DNA of 64,000 nucleotides from a virus. Location of the stretch: the UHGV virus genome UHGV-0084588; one strand, 5' to 3'. Below the pieces are notes generated by a model. The model saw only the letters and a list, made by a program, of their open reading frames with translations. It did no database searches and was not told the DNA's origin. Shown in pieces: positions 39,201 to 47,260 of the stretch (position 1 is the stretch's first letter; each line of letters begins with the position of its first letter). Both the position numbers and the translations under genes were made by a program.

Positions 39201-40655
39201 GCCACCGGTAATCAAGATACTACCGGCAACGCCGCTACCGCGACGAAACTGAAAACCGCTCGCAGGATCGGAGGCGTTACCTTTGACGGTACAGGTGATA
39301 TCAATTTACCGGGCGTTAACCAGCAAGGCAACCAGAATACGACAGGTAATGCAGCGACCGCTACTAAGTTACAAACCGCACGTAAGATCGGCGGTGTGCT
39401 TTTCGATGGGACAAAAGACGTTAATCTTCCTGGCGTAAACCAAACCGGTAACCAATCGACTACGGGGAATGCGGCGACAGCGACTAAGCTCCAGACTGCG
39501 CGAAATATAGGTGGTGTAGCTTTTGATGGTACTAAAGACATCAGTTTACCTGGAGTAAACCAAACAGGTAATCAGGCGACTACCGGAAACGCAGCCACGG
39601 CAACAAAGTTGCAAACCGCAAGAACCATTAACGGTATCGCATTTGACGGCACTAGAAATATATCGTTAGGACCTGCCGATATAGGTTGTCCGGCATCGCC
39701 TAGTGGTTGGTTAGAAACTGGCAAAGATGGCGGCGCAATAACTACAGCACAGCTAGTGACGTTATTGAAAAATAACGGCGCATTTACCACAAGATCGTGG
39801 GTTGCTCGCTGTGCATGGGCTTATGCCGCTAGTGCGTCCATACCACACAGCGAGACGGGTTGTGGTGTTATTCCGTTAGCTGGGGCCGTTATAGAAGTGA
39901 TTAGTAACGGTAATAGCACAAACAACTACACGATCCGTATAACGACTGCCACAACGGCGAGCGTCGGTGGCGCACTCACTAATGCGGAGTTTATCTACGT
40001 ATTTAACGGCGATACATACTCACCAGGCTGGCGTCGTGCTTACAATACGAGAAACAAGCCAACTGCTGCAGAAGTGGGTGCACTACCTTCGGGGGGCGGT
40101 ACTATAGGCGGCGATTTAACCGTTAACGGTAAATTGGCCACTAAATACCCTGATTTTCGAATCGCTTACGGTACCTACGGTTTTATTTTACGTAACGACG
40201 GTGCCAATACCTATTTCTTAGTAACCGACGCCGGACAAGCCGCAACGGGTTCCTGGAACGGATTACGCCCGTTGTCTTTTAATAATTCTAACGGCCAAGT
40301 AAACTTTGGACATAACGTTACTGGCAACGGTAACGGTTCGTTTAACGACGTACAGATTCGTTCTGACCGTCGTAACAAACGTAATCTGGTGAAGCTGGAT
40401 AAAGCTTTGGATCGGTTAGAGTTACTAACCGGTTATTTGTACGAAATTCAGCATCCGGATGACGGCTGGCAGACTTCTGTAGGTCTAATTGCTCAGGACG
40501 CATTAGAAGCGTTACCTGAACTTGTGTCTGAGGATGATGATGCCATTTCAGGCGAAAAACGTTTACGTCTAAACTACAATGGCGTTATTGCGCTGTTAGT
40601 AGAGGGTATGAAAGCGTTGCGTCAAGAGGTTAACGAAATTAAAGGAAGATCCTAA
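36213..40655 (+). CDS. tail fibre protein with Ala-rich coiled coil, 40-aa tandem repeats and C-terminal intramolecular chaperone (S74-like) domain
   Basis: 1480-aa ORF; repeats GNAATATKLQTAR.IGGV.FDGT.DI.LPGVNQ.GNQ.TT; C-terminal SDRRNKRN...GLIAQD...YNGVIALLVEGMKALRQE resembles the self-cleaving chaperone domain of tail fibres and tailspikes. Start moved from 36153 to 36213 by paralogy with 42678. Confidence 0.85.
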   Translation: MAKAVKKIRLHDLRPYTGDIGEGVLLFSKDEKDYKLPVREIVADIDTVRNAVADAQTAAAKSQQSATEATQAKNLAETAKQQTDTLASTVSEQAGTVATKTAEVNKKHAEVLAAKTAVDTVSQSVNEKAQAVATSEQSVTATAADVTKKAETVTQQAGQVQQTATSVENTAASVEASKGAVEKIAAQVAKDKESSEGAATRSESAALRAEKIAAQGLVDATTTGKGIVKLNDTLTSDSVTEAATPSTVKQLNDDLQLKANKHSPNFTGNPTSPKPPKDSNDTSISTTSWVRDAIAELVGSSPETLNTLAELAEALGNDPNFATTITEELAQKQPLSPLLTAIAAVTTAANKLMYFTGSNKVGLTDFTETARSLLAKGSTADIINFLGLKPTVDKANGALQKNSNGADIPNKETFARNIGLSPDTYLRFRGEMPVDADINTFAPDANYTGTWSKSTSTNASMAKHFPEDGAVGYLEVYKAGNYSGAQRFTCRNGNVYNRMLSGAWNGTNGPWSPWRMVTTGVRPLSTSIDLNSLGGAEHMGNWRNSSSSLAVFDRHYPEEGGNAQGVLEVMEGGLYGRLQRYTTRHGTMYVRGLTATWDSSNPQWEDWIQVGYQVDGAYYKGSFNDLTKPGRFSVTGEATDSPLTDSAGATLLGVCEVTLRLDGSGVEQNYTTYGTGATSKGRKFQRIRTGNAWSEWREIFTSYSLPLTLGIGGVAAKVDPLDWQTFDFVPGQMISTPLNTMKNIPAGMDWGVIDGNLVTILVGASEDTGTGRSMLVWRGTVSTANYRFFAVRVAGEKGKRTITSRQMPVLNAAHTWAEKQTFAKGLSGELTGNASTATKLKTARLIGGVSFDGSGDISLPGVNQQGNQNTSGNAGTATKLQTARNINGVKFDGSRDININTLVGRGRVTALSGSNKGTPGIQMYEVYNNGYPTAYGNLLHLGGATALGEGELLIGWPGTSGAHAPVYIRSRRDTADAPWSDWAQVYTARDSIPGVNATGNQDTTGNAATATKLKTARRIGGVTFDGTGDINLPGVNQQGNQNTTGNAATATKLQTARKIGGVLFDGTKDVNLPGVNQTGNQSTTGNAATATKLQTARNIGGVAFDGTKDISLPGVNQTGNQATTGNAATATKLQTARTINGIAFDGTRNISLGPADIGCPASPSGWLETGKDGGAITTAQLVTLLKNNGAFTTRSWVARCAWAYAASASIPHSETGCGVIPLAGAVIEVISNGNSTNNYTIRITTATTASVGGALTNAEFIYVFNGDTYSPGWRRAYNTRNKPTAAEVGALPSGGGTIGGDLTVNGKLATKYPDFRIAYGTYGFILRNDGANTYFLVTDAGQAATGSWNGLRPLSFNNSNGQVNFGHNVTGNGNGSFNDVQIRSDRRNKRNLVKLDKALDRLELLTGYLYEIQHPDDGWQTSVGLIAQDALEALPELVSEDDDAISGEKRLRLNYNGVIALLVEGMKALRQEVNEIKGRS
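38706..38912 (+). repeat. two tandem copies of a 120-bp (40-aa) fibre repeat inside the tail fibre gene
   Basis: Encodes GNASTATKLKTARLIGGVSFDGSGDISLPGVNQQGNQNTS followed by a diverged copy. Confidence 0.7.
39225..39680 (+). repeat. four tandem copies of the 120-bp (40-aa) fibre repeat inside the tail fibre gene
   Basis: Copies begin at 39225, 39345, 39465 and 39585; each encodes GNAATATKLQTAR.IGGV.FDGT.DI.LPGVNQ.GNQ.TT with synonymous codon drift. Confidence 0.8.
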
Positions 40656-41437
40656 TGGCAGTTGTCGGCGTAGGTGGTTGGATTGGTTCTTCAGCAAAAG
40701 CTGAAGCTGGTAACGAATGGATGTCTGGCGCGATGCGCACACTTGGTGTGCCGGTTCCAGGCTGGATGTCGCAATTGGCGGGAAAATCAAAAGAGGTCCA
40801 TTATTCTATTGGTGCTAACCATAGCTATAATAAGGATACTCTTATTAACTATTTACGTTCTTTAGGCTCTACTGCTGTCGTTGTGACTATTACGGGGGAT
40901 TTAGTGTCCCATAGTAGCACGGTTCCTTGTTTAGAATTCCCTAGCAATCTTCCAAATTCGTATATTACCCTCATCATCAATCCTGGGGTTACAGTATACG
41001 GCAGAGGAGGCAACGGCGGTTCTAACTCACCAGGCGGTGCAGGTGGAACCGCAATACAGAACGGAATAGGAAACAGACTGCGTATAACCAACCGTGGCGC
41101 TATTGCCGGAGGCGGTGGCGGCGGTGGCGGCGGTAACAGGGGTAGACTAACATTTGGTGGTGGCGGTGGTCGCCCATTCGGTGCTGGTGGGTCTTCCTCT
41201 CATATGAGTTCCGGTGCGGCTGCTGGTACTATTTCCGCTCCTGGTAGAGGATCTGTTGGTGAGGGGTCTCTTAGTGCATATACAGGCGGTTCGGGTGGTA
41301 ATGTCGGTGCTGCTGGAGGAAGATGTAATACTCATGGTAACGGTACAGAATATAACGGCGGAGCAGCTGGTAAAGCTGTTACTGGTAATGCGCCAAGATG
41401 GGACGCAGTAGGTGCAATATATGGTTCACGTGTTTAA
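40655..41437 (+). CDS. glycine-rich protein (260 aa), likely fibre-associated
   Basis: Start overlaps the fibre gene stop (TAATG); contains GGGGGGGGGNRGRLTFGGGGGRPFGAGGSS. Confidence 0.6.
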   Translation: MAVVGVGGWIGSSAKAEAGNEWMSGAMRTLGVPVPGWMSQLAGKSKEVHYSIGANHSYNKDTLINYLRSLGSTAVVVTITGDLVSHSSTVPCLEFPSNLPNSYITLIINPGVTVYGRGGNGGSNSPGGAGGTAIQNGIGNRLRITNRGAIAGGGGGGGGGNRGRLTFGGGGGRPFGAGGSSSHMSSGAAAGTISAPGRGSVGEGSLSAYTGGSGGNVGAAGGRCNTHGNGTEYNGGAAGKAVTGNAPRWDAVGAIYGSRV

Positions 41438-41497
41438 TTTGAAAAAGTATGGGGGTACTCACTCCCCTCCTCGCATCTTTCAAAAGGTGGGGGTAAA

Positions 41498-42010
41498 ATG
41501 GCGGTAGCATCAGGATGGGTCGGATCTTCAGCTAAGAATGAAACTGGCGAACAATGGATGAGCGCTGCGGGTAGTAAATTAGGATTGGGTAGACCATTTA
41601 TGATGAGTCAAATGGTGGGCCGATCTACGGGTTGTAAAATTGCGACCGCTTACTACAAAGGGAATCCTCCTGATAAAGTTGAAAACTGGGGGGCCGTAGG
41701 TTCAGATTGGCCATTGGCTGAAAAGAACAAAGGCACAATTACTGGTGCTTCGAGCTGTGGTTTAGGTCGTTTAGTGGGGATCGTACTTACGCAAGCTCAC
41801 TACATTTCTGGTGTTCCACCCACTGCGGCTTTATACATCGCAGGAGGAAGGGCAAGTAATATTACAGTAACAGTTGGTGGGGTCTCACAAGTTTTCACCT
41901 ATAATAGTGTTATTAACGGTTTTCACTATTACTGGCAAGGAACACCTAGTTCGGCCTTTATAGCAGCAATGAAGAGAACGGGTGTTACACAAGATTTGAA
42001 AATTAGTTAA
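41498..42010 (+). CDS. paralog of the glycine-rich protein (N-terminal domain only, 170 aa)
   Basis: N-terminus MAVASGWVGSSAKNETGEQWMSAA aligns with MAVVGVGGWIGSSAKAEAGNEWMSGA of 40655-41437. Confidence 0.55.
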   Translation: MAVASGWVGSSAKNETGEQWMSAAGSKLGLGRPFMMSQMVGRSTGCKIATAYYKGNPPDKVENWGAVGSDWPLAEKNKGTITGASSCGLGRLVGIVLTQAHYISGVPPTAALYIAGGRASNITVTVGGVSQVFTYNSVINGFHYYWQGTPSSAFIAAMKRTGVTQDLKIS

Positions 42011-42162
42011 CTAATTGGGGTAAAACGACAACTAATGCTAGTAAAATAAGAGTTAGTGAATTCGTAATTCAATAATTTTTTATAGAAAGGCTGATTTATT
42101 AGAATCGGAGGGGGTAAGATGTTGCTAGAAACATTTCACCCCCTACCATAGGGAGTAAGCTT

Positions 42163-42678
42163 ATGGGGCAATTCGTGCCGGATTTGTCGTTAACTTCACT
42201 TAACATGGTTATTTCACTGGTTAACCATGACCTCCAGCTCGACTTGCAAGAGAACGAGGTTGAAGTCAGCGACGTAAAGACCAGTAACGAAATGGATCGT
42301 GACACCACTGCTGTTGTAAAGATAAAACGTCCGGACAACAGAACGTTGCAGATATATTACAACCGTTTAACCGCAGAGCGGTGGTTAAACCAGCAACCTA
42401 TCCTAGTAAAGGTTTCCGGTAATGGCTTTACCGCACACGATCTAATCGACGGAATTAACGCGGCTTGTGGTTGTAATTTACAACCCGACGATCTTACCGA
42501 CGAATCATTTACCGTAGGGAAAGACGCTGTAACGTTACAGGTTTCACCCAACTCGTTAGGTTATAAAGGCCAATTCTCCGTTCTGGTTTTCGGTAACGAT
42601 GAAGAAGCTGCTGTAGTAAAAGACAACGATTTAATCGTTACCGCAGATAACCGTGTCTTAACATTCGGAGGCCGCTAA
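42163..42678 (+). CDS. fibre-module accessory protein, paralog of 35448-36008
   Basis: Shares PDLSL..., IYYNRLTA and CGCNLQPDDL motifs with 35448-36008; SD gggag upstream. Confidence 0.55.
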   Translation: MGQFVPDLSLTSLNMVISLVNHDLQLDLQENEVEVSDVKTSNEMDRDTTAVVKIKRPDNRTLQIYYNRLTAERWLNQQPILVKVSGNGFTAHDLIDGINAACGCNLQPDDLTDESFTVGKDAVTLQVSPNSLGYKGQFSVLVFGNDEEAAVVKDNDLIVTADNRVLTFGGR

Positions 42679-43298
42679 TGGCTGAACTGGTAGGAAAGGT
42701 GCGCATTCATGAACTGGAGACACTTTCAGAAGACATCACGGGTGTAGTAGTCTTAGCGTCTAAGGAACAAACTGAATACCAACTCCCGATTGAGAAATTA
42801 GGGGGTACCGAGGTTACAGTGAGTCCGTCAGCGAATAACATCCTTAAGTCTAACAACGATGGGTTGTTTGTTGACGGCACTCATCCGATTATACCAAAAA
42901 TGGATGCAAAAACCTTATCGGGAAATATGGTGGTAGAAAAAACGTTGACAGGTGGTGCGGTAATCTGCAAAACAACAGTTGACGTTAATAATAGACTGGG
43001 GGTTTCGCAATTATCTGGAGTGTCAATTTATAGCCAGTGTCTGTTGGAAAATAAATTGGTTTATCTGGGAGAAGACGGCAGTATTATTGATGCGTACTTC
43101 TACATTAGTAATACAAAGACCACAGCCAGTACAATAACCCACACCATTCGTGTTGTTTTAGCGAAGATACCCTCTAAAGTTATCGATATCACCGATTTGT
43201 CTGAAACCGAAGTACAATACGAGAATAGTAATTTACCTGTTAAGATCGTTATTAAACATCTTGCAGGGACAACACTTTCCCAGAACGGAATGAAATAA
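42678..43298 (+). CDS. putative second receptor-binding or fibre protein sharing the N-terminal domain of the 1480-aa fibre (206 aa)
   Basis: N-terminus MAELVGKVRIHELETLSEDITGVVVLASKEQTEYQLPIEKL aligns with MAKAVKKIRLHDLRPYTGDIGEGVLLFSKDEKDYKLPVREI of 36213; terminator downstream. Confidence 0.5.
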   Translation: MAELVGKVRIHELETLSEDITGVVVLASKEQTEYQLPIEKLGGTEVTVSPSANNILKSNNDGLFVDGTHPIIPKMDAKTLSGNMVVEKTLTGGAVICKTTVDVNNRLGVSQLSGVSIYSQCLLENKLVYLGEDGSIIDAYFYISNTKTTASTITHTIRVVLAKIPSKVIDITDLSETEVQYENSNLPVKIVIKHLAGTTLSQNGMK

Positions 43299-43304
43299 AT
43301 TTTA

Positions 43305-43352
43305 GGTAGTAGGGGCTTAAGCCCCTACTACCTTTTCTTTTTTTTATTTTTT
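43305..43352 (+). terminator. rho-independent terminator after the fibre module
   Basis: GGTAGTAGGGGC-ttaa-GCCCCTACTACC followed by ttttcttttttttatttttt. Confidence 0.7.
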
Positions 43353-43398
43353 CTCAGATATATATTACCTAGGGGAGAGTGAAATTTACATTCACTCC
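43353..43398 (+). promoter_or_regulatory. conserved promoter-like element with downstream inverted repeat
   Basis: CTCAGATATATATTACCTAGGgGAGAGTGAAatttacaTTCACTCC upstream of 43426. Confidence 0.45.
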
Positions 43399-43425
43399 AT
43401 TAGTTATAGCCGAAAGGAGGATTAG

Positions 43426-44277
43426 ATGTATCACCCGTATTATCTCCCGCGTATTCTAGCAAATAGGGACCCTGGTTATTACTACGAACAAACAAAGGGG
43501 TCTTTTAATCGACTTTACATTCGTGAATTTAATACCGACGAAATGACCGATGACCAGTATCTGGAGTATCTAAAAGACCTTTACAGTTTTTCAAAATCGA
43601 ATAAAGATGGCTTTGGACGTTCCGCAGTCATTAGAGATGGTGAATATCGCCATTTGGCTAAGCCTGTTACGTACCCTATTGTTACGCGAGCTTATACGTC
43701 GGATAGGCAATATATTGCTGAACTAAAATTTCCTTTACGGATAGACGGGCCTCAAATTAGCGCTATAGAAGTAGAAATTCAACCAATTGCTGAAAACTAT
43801 ATTGAGGACTACTTCAAGAAAGCTAAAGACGTACTCGACGAGGGTTTAAGTTACTCTGAAGAAGGCACGATTTGTCTTCTCTCGTTACTCACGAAGACTT
43901 ACGTCACGGCAAATTTCCGTGTCTCTGATTCCAGTAACTACAATACACTTACTCCCTCTAAGACAAAATCGGTTTATTGGGACGATCGGTTAGTCGACAG
44001 ACAACGCTGGCTTACTATCTTAGATAGAGTAAAATTCGAACCCCCTAAACACACCGAAGACAATTTTATTTTATTGCACAACTTCGAACCAATTTATATT
44101 CCAACGCATTTTGATCAAGCCTTACGTCATCGGTTGAAGTATGTGTTGGAATTACGGTACGGAAAGATAAACGGACTAACCTGTTCCGGTGAATTGGGTG
44201 AAGAAGAACGCGAGAAGATAAAAATCGTGTTTGATAAGTTGGTTGAAGATTACATTAAGAAGGAAGGGCAATTATGA
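43426..44277 (+). CDS. hypothetical protein (283 aa)
   Basis: ORF preceded by a promoter-like element and SD aaggagg. Confidence 0.5.
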   Translation: MYHPYYLPRILANRDPGYYYEQTKGSFNRLYIREFNTDEMTDDQYLEYLKDLYSFSKSNKDGFGRSAVIRDGEYRHLAKPVTYPIVTRAYTSDRQYIAELKFPLRIDGPQISAIEVEIQPIAENYIEDYFKKAKDVLDEGLSYSEEGTICLLSLLTKTYVTANFRVSDSSNYNTLTPSKTKSVYWDDRLVDRQRWLTILDRVKFEPPKHTEDNFILLHNFEPIYIPTHFDQALRHRLKYVLELRYGKINGLTCSGELGEEEREKIKIVFDKLVEDYIKKEGQL

Positions 44278-44717
44278 AACCAAATACTACTAACGGCATT
44301 ATGCTACTTTGTGATTCTGAAACGTTAGCAAATCGCATTCGTGGTTTGATGCAAGTACGTTGGCGGCAGAAAGTTCTCGTGGATTACGATGCACCGTTTG
44401 TTCACATTACCTGGCTGCCAGAAGCTAGTGATTTCAAAGAACGTATAACCACGAGAAGAATTAAAGAATGGTTATCGGCAATCATTAATAAACAGATTAC
44501 CGTTATCAATTTCCAACTTTTCGGTACCGCTGAAGAACATGAAATCTTGAAGCAGTGTTTAAGAGACTTGGGTCTTTCCTCTTCTGTTCGTGGTAGCTGC
44601 TACACGGCTTACTTTATCGGTTCACTTGAACTGTTTAAGAATACACTAATGCTTCAACTAAAAGACGACTACAAACTTTTAGATAAAATCGATTTCGAAT
44701 TCCCAGGCATGATTTAA
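44274..44717 (+). CDS. hypothetical protein (147 aa)
   Basis: ORF start overlaps the upstream stop (ATGA). Confidence 0.5.
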   Translation: MKPNTTNGIMLLCDSETLANRIRGLMQVRWRQKVLVDYDAPFVHITWLPEASDFKERITTRRIKEWLSAIINKQITVINFQLFGTAEEHEILKQCLRDLGLSSSVRGSCYTAYFIGSLELFKNTLMLQLKDDYKLLDKIDFEFPGMI

Positions 44718-44763
44718 GGAATCATAGCTTAATCACCCCACCATTTACCTAAAGGAGCATTAA

Positions 44764-45279
44764 ATGTCAGTAAATATTAACATGAATCTTTATACTAAAC
44801 GTGAACGTCAGATTCTGGCGAATCAACCTGGTGTTACGACTATCGACGGTAAACCTATTGACCGTTTAAAAGTTATCGTTGCGCGAAATTGTCATGAACA
44901 CGATTGGGACATTACCTACTTCCGTTGTTGTTCGGTCGCAAATGCGCTTACTCAACTCTCTAACTACCACTCAGGACCGCTATTAAAAGACTGGGTTTGG
45001 TTAGTGCCAAGAACACCCACAGCAATTGAGTATCCCGCTGGACTAGTTTATATTCGACCTGTCGCTTATCCAGAGCGTCTGAAAGAATATCTTGAAGTTA
45101 TCTGGAACCGTCCTCGTAAAGAGCTGGTGACGATTATTAATTTACTGCAGCAGATCGAAATCCCCGGCGTTTCGAATTTGAAACTCACGTCTCGCGATAT
45201 TAACCAGGCTTACTGGGAACTGGAGTGGACAGAACCGAAATTCGAAAACACTAACCGTATTTTCTTGCACCGGGGGTAA
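44764..45279 (+). CDS. hypothetical protein (171 aa)
   Basis: ORF with conserved leader acctaaaggagcatta upstream. Confidence 0.5.
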   Translation: MSVNINMNLYTKRERQILANQPGVTTIDGKPIDRLKVIVARNCHEHDWDITYFRCCSVANALTQLSNYHSGPLLKDWVWLVPRTPTAIEYPAGLVYIRPVAYPERLKEYLEVIWNRPRKELVTIINLLQQIEIPGVSNLKLTSRDINQAYWELEWTEPKFENTNRIFLHRG

Positions 45280-45281
45280 AA

Positions 45282-45563
45282 ATGTTAGATTGGTTGTTGG
45301 GTTTAATTAACACACGTCAACAGGAGCTTTATAAAGAAAACACGCGATTACGGCAGGAGCTTAGTAACAATCGTCAGACCAAACGACAATTAATTCGGAT
45401 GGTAAAACAACAGGCGCGTTGTATACGTGATATCGATTATCAGTATCACCGTCTGAATACCTTAGACCCAACAACAAAAGCCCTCGGTGGGACAATCGGA
45501 CACGCACGTAAAGTCAGTCACGATGCGTTAGTTCGATTAGATACAATAGAAGAGAAACTGTGA
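45282..45563 (+). CDS. small coiled-coil protein (93 aa)
   Basis: ORF with basic heptad-like sequence; hairpin 45578-45604 downstream. Confidence 0.45.
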   Translation: MLDWLLGLINTRQQELYKENTRLRQELSNNRQTKRQLIRMVKQQARCIRDIDYQYHRLNTLDPTTKALGGTIGHARKVSHDALVRLDTIEEKL

Positions 45564-45605
45564 TATAACCCCTCTCAGGAAATCCTGAGAGGGGGGAGTA
45601 ACGAT

Positions 45606-45980
45606 ATGTCATTACTGTTATACAAATTCAGATGTTGGCTAGACACTTCGTTTAAAACCTGGGCTTGCGGCAAGAATGTCACAACGGTAGTTAAATCGGG
45701 TGACTGGTATACGGAAATTATTACATTAGCAAATGGAGGATTGCAAAACGTACAAGTTCGTAACGTAGTTGTTAGAATAGGACGTGAAGGAGGTGCAATC
45801 TTCAACTCTGAATACTATCAAGTTTCTGCCCTGGAGTTAAAAAACGGTCCGATTTTATTTATCGGTACAGCACAACACCTTTACGATACAGTTGTTAAGT
45901 TTGCTGAAAGGGTAAAACGTTTAAATGATTCGCTTAGTAAGTTTATTAAAGAAACTGAACGAACTACGGTGGAGATTTAA
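45606..45980 (+). CDS. hypothetical protein, tandem paralog A (124 aa)
   Basis: Shares W.CGK.V..VVK.GDWYTE..T..NG.L.NV..R.V.V..GR.GG..F.SE with the next ORF. Confidence 0.5.
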   Translation: MSLLLYKFRCWLDTSFKTWACGKNVTTVVKSGDWYTEIITLANGGLQNVQVRNVVVRIGREGGAIFNSEYYQVSALELKNGPILFIGTAQHLYDTVVKFAERVKRLNDSLSKFIKETERTTVEI

Positions 45981-45983
45981 AAG

Positions 45984-46370
45984 ATGCGTTTATTTTACTT
46001 AAAAAGGCGTTTGTCATTAAAAGCCCAACTGTTTGTTAACGAGAAAGTTAAAAACTGGCTGTGCGGTAAAAGGGTACAATATGTCGTTAAAGAAGGAGAC
46101 TGGTATACGGAGGTTGTGACTTCCCCTAACGGTGAACTTATAAACGTTACTATTCGTGACGTTATGGTTAAGGTTGGTAGGGGTGGCGGTCGGTTGTTTG
46201 AATCGGAAACTATAAGAGTCGCTGCTAAACAATTGAAAGATGGTCGAGTTTTATTCAATGTTACCGCCCAGAAATACTACGACAATTTATTCGAGTGTCA
46301 ACGAGCAATGGACAGAATGACCCGTGAGATGCGAAGAATGCACATTACGGAGATCACAATAGGAGTTTAA
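45984..46370 (+). CDS. hypothetical protein, tandem paralog B (128 aa)
   Basis: See 45606-45980. Confidence 0.5.
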   Translation: MRLFYLKRRLSLKAQLFVNEKVKNWLCGKRVQYVVKEGDWYTEVVTSPNGELINVTIRDVMVKVGRGGGRLFESETIRVAAKQLKDGRVLFNVTAQKYYDNLFECQRAMDRMTREMRRMHITEITIGV

Positions 46371-46681
46371 TGATGGAAAATAAAATCGCGAACACATCGG
46401 CACCTGAGAACATTGTCAATTATATTCTCAGAGGCGGGTTATTAGAAGACAACAAAGAAACGTGCGATAAACTCGTTTCTCAACTACTGCCTATTCGTTC
46501 AGAATACTGCGAAATCGTTATCTTAGGTTCCGAGTATTGTGTACGCTCTTACTGCCGACGTTTCGAAGCCCTACGTGTACCTCGTACGTTAGGTGGTGTG
46601 ATCTTACTGATCTCATCTTTTCAAGACGCCCATGTGCGTGTGGCGACCTGGATTGCCAGAGGAGGTAACAGTGGTTTTTAA
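46370..46681 (+). CDS. hypothetical protein (103 aa)
   Basis: ORF start overlaps the upstream stop. Confidence 0.45.
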   Translation: MMENKIANTSAPENIVNYILRGGLLEDNKETCDKLVSQLLPIRSEYCEIVILGSEYCVRSYCRRFEALRVPRTLGGVILLISSFQDAHVRVATWIARGGNSGF

Positions 46682-46979
46682 ATTGCTAGGTTTCGGAAAA
46701 TGCAAAGAGTGCGCAAAGCACGAAGAATTTATCAAGCTATTAGAAGAAACAGTTGAAACACAACAAGAACTCATTTCTGAATACCGTGCGAAAACTGGTT
46801 CAGTAGAATATCTGACCATCCTTGTTTGTGCTATTGCTGAGTTGGGTTGTGAGGGGGAATTGCCTAAAGAGGAGATATTAAAACTATTAAAAGAAAAAAC
46901 GTCGTTTTACCGTAAAGATATTGAAGCGTGTAAACGTGAGGTTAAAAGAGCTAACTGGGAGGTTATCAATGAAGCGTGA
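46671..46979 (+). CDS. hypothetical protein (about 102 aa, GTG start)
   Basis: Track ORF 46632-46979 trimmed to the GTG at 46671, which has SD ggaggt 5 nt upstream. Confidence 0.4.
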   Translation: MVFKLLGFGKCKECAKHEEFIKLLEETVETQQELISEYRAKTGSVEYLTILVCAIAELGCEGELPKEEILKLLKEKTSFYRKDIEACKREVKRANWEVINEA

Positions 46980-47250
46980 AACTATTGTATTTTGTCAAAA
47001 CGGTGATGTAAAACAATACCGGGGCAAGAAGTTAATTCGTACGTTAGATTATCGCGAAGCAAAACGTTTCGTTGAAGAGTGTGCGTGGTTAATGCATTAC
47101 GAAGGGAACTATCGCGCCATCTTAGAAGCACCGCGTTTAGAACGTGCAGTTGCGCAGATGGCAATAGGTAATCCTAAGAACTGTTACCTGGCCCGTAAGC
47201 CCAAATACCTACAGCGTGTCTCGCTAGGCAGTTTTATTGCGGGTTTTTAA
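46969..47250 (+). CDS. hypothetical protein (about 93 aa)
   Basis: Track ORF 46921-47250 trimmed to the ATG at 46969 with SD gggagg upstream. Confidence 0.4.
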   Translation: MKRETIVFCQNGDVKQYRGKKLIRTLDYREAKRFVEECAWLMHYEGNYRAILEAPRLERAVAQMAIGNPKNCYLARKPKYLQRVSLGSFIAGF

Positions 47251-47260
47251 TAAAAATATT

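Noticed and set aside
38706-39680. Possible CRISPR array suggested by the regular 120-bp periodicity
   Set aside because: The repeats are in-frame coding repeats of the tail fibre with synonymous drift and no unique spacers; there are no cas genes.
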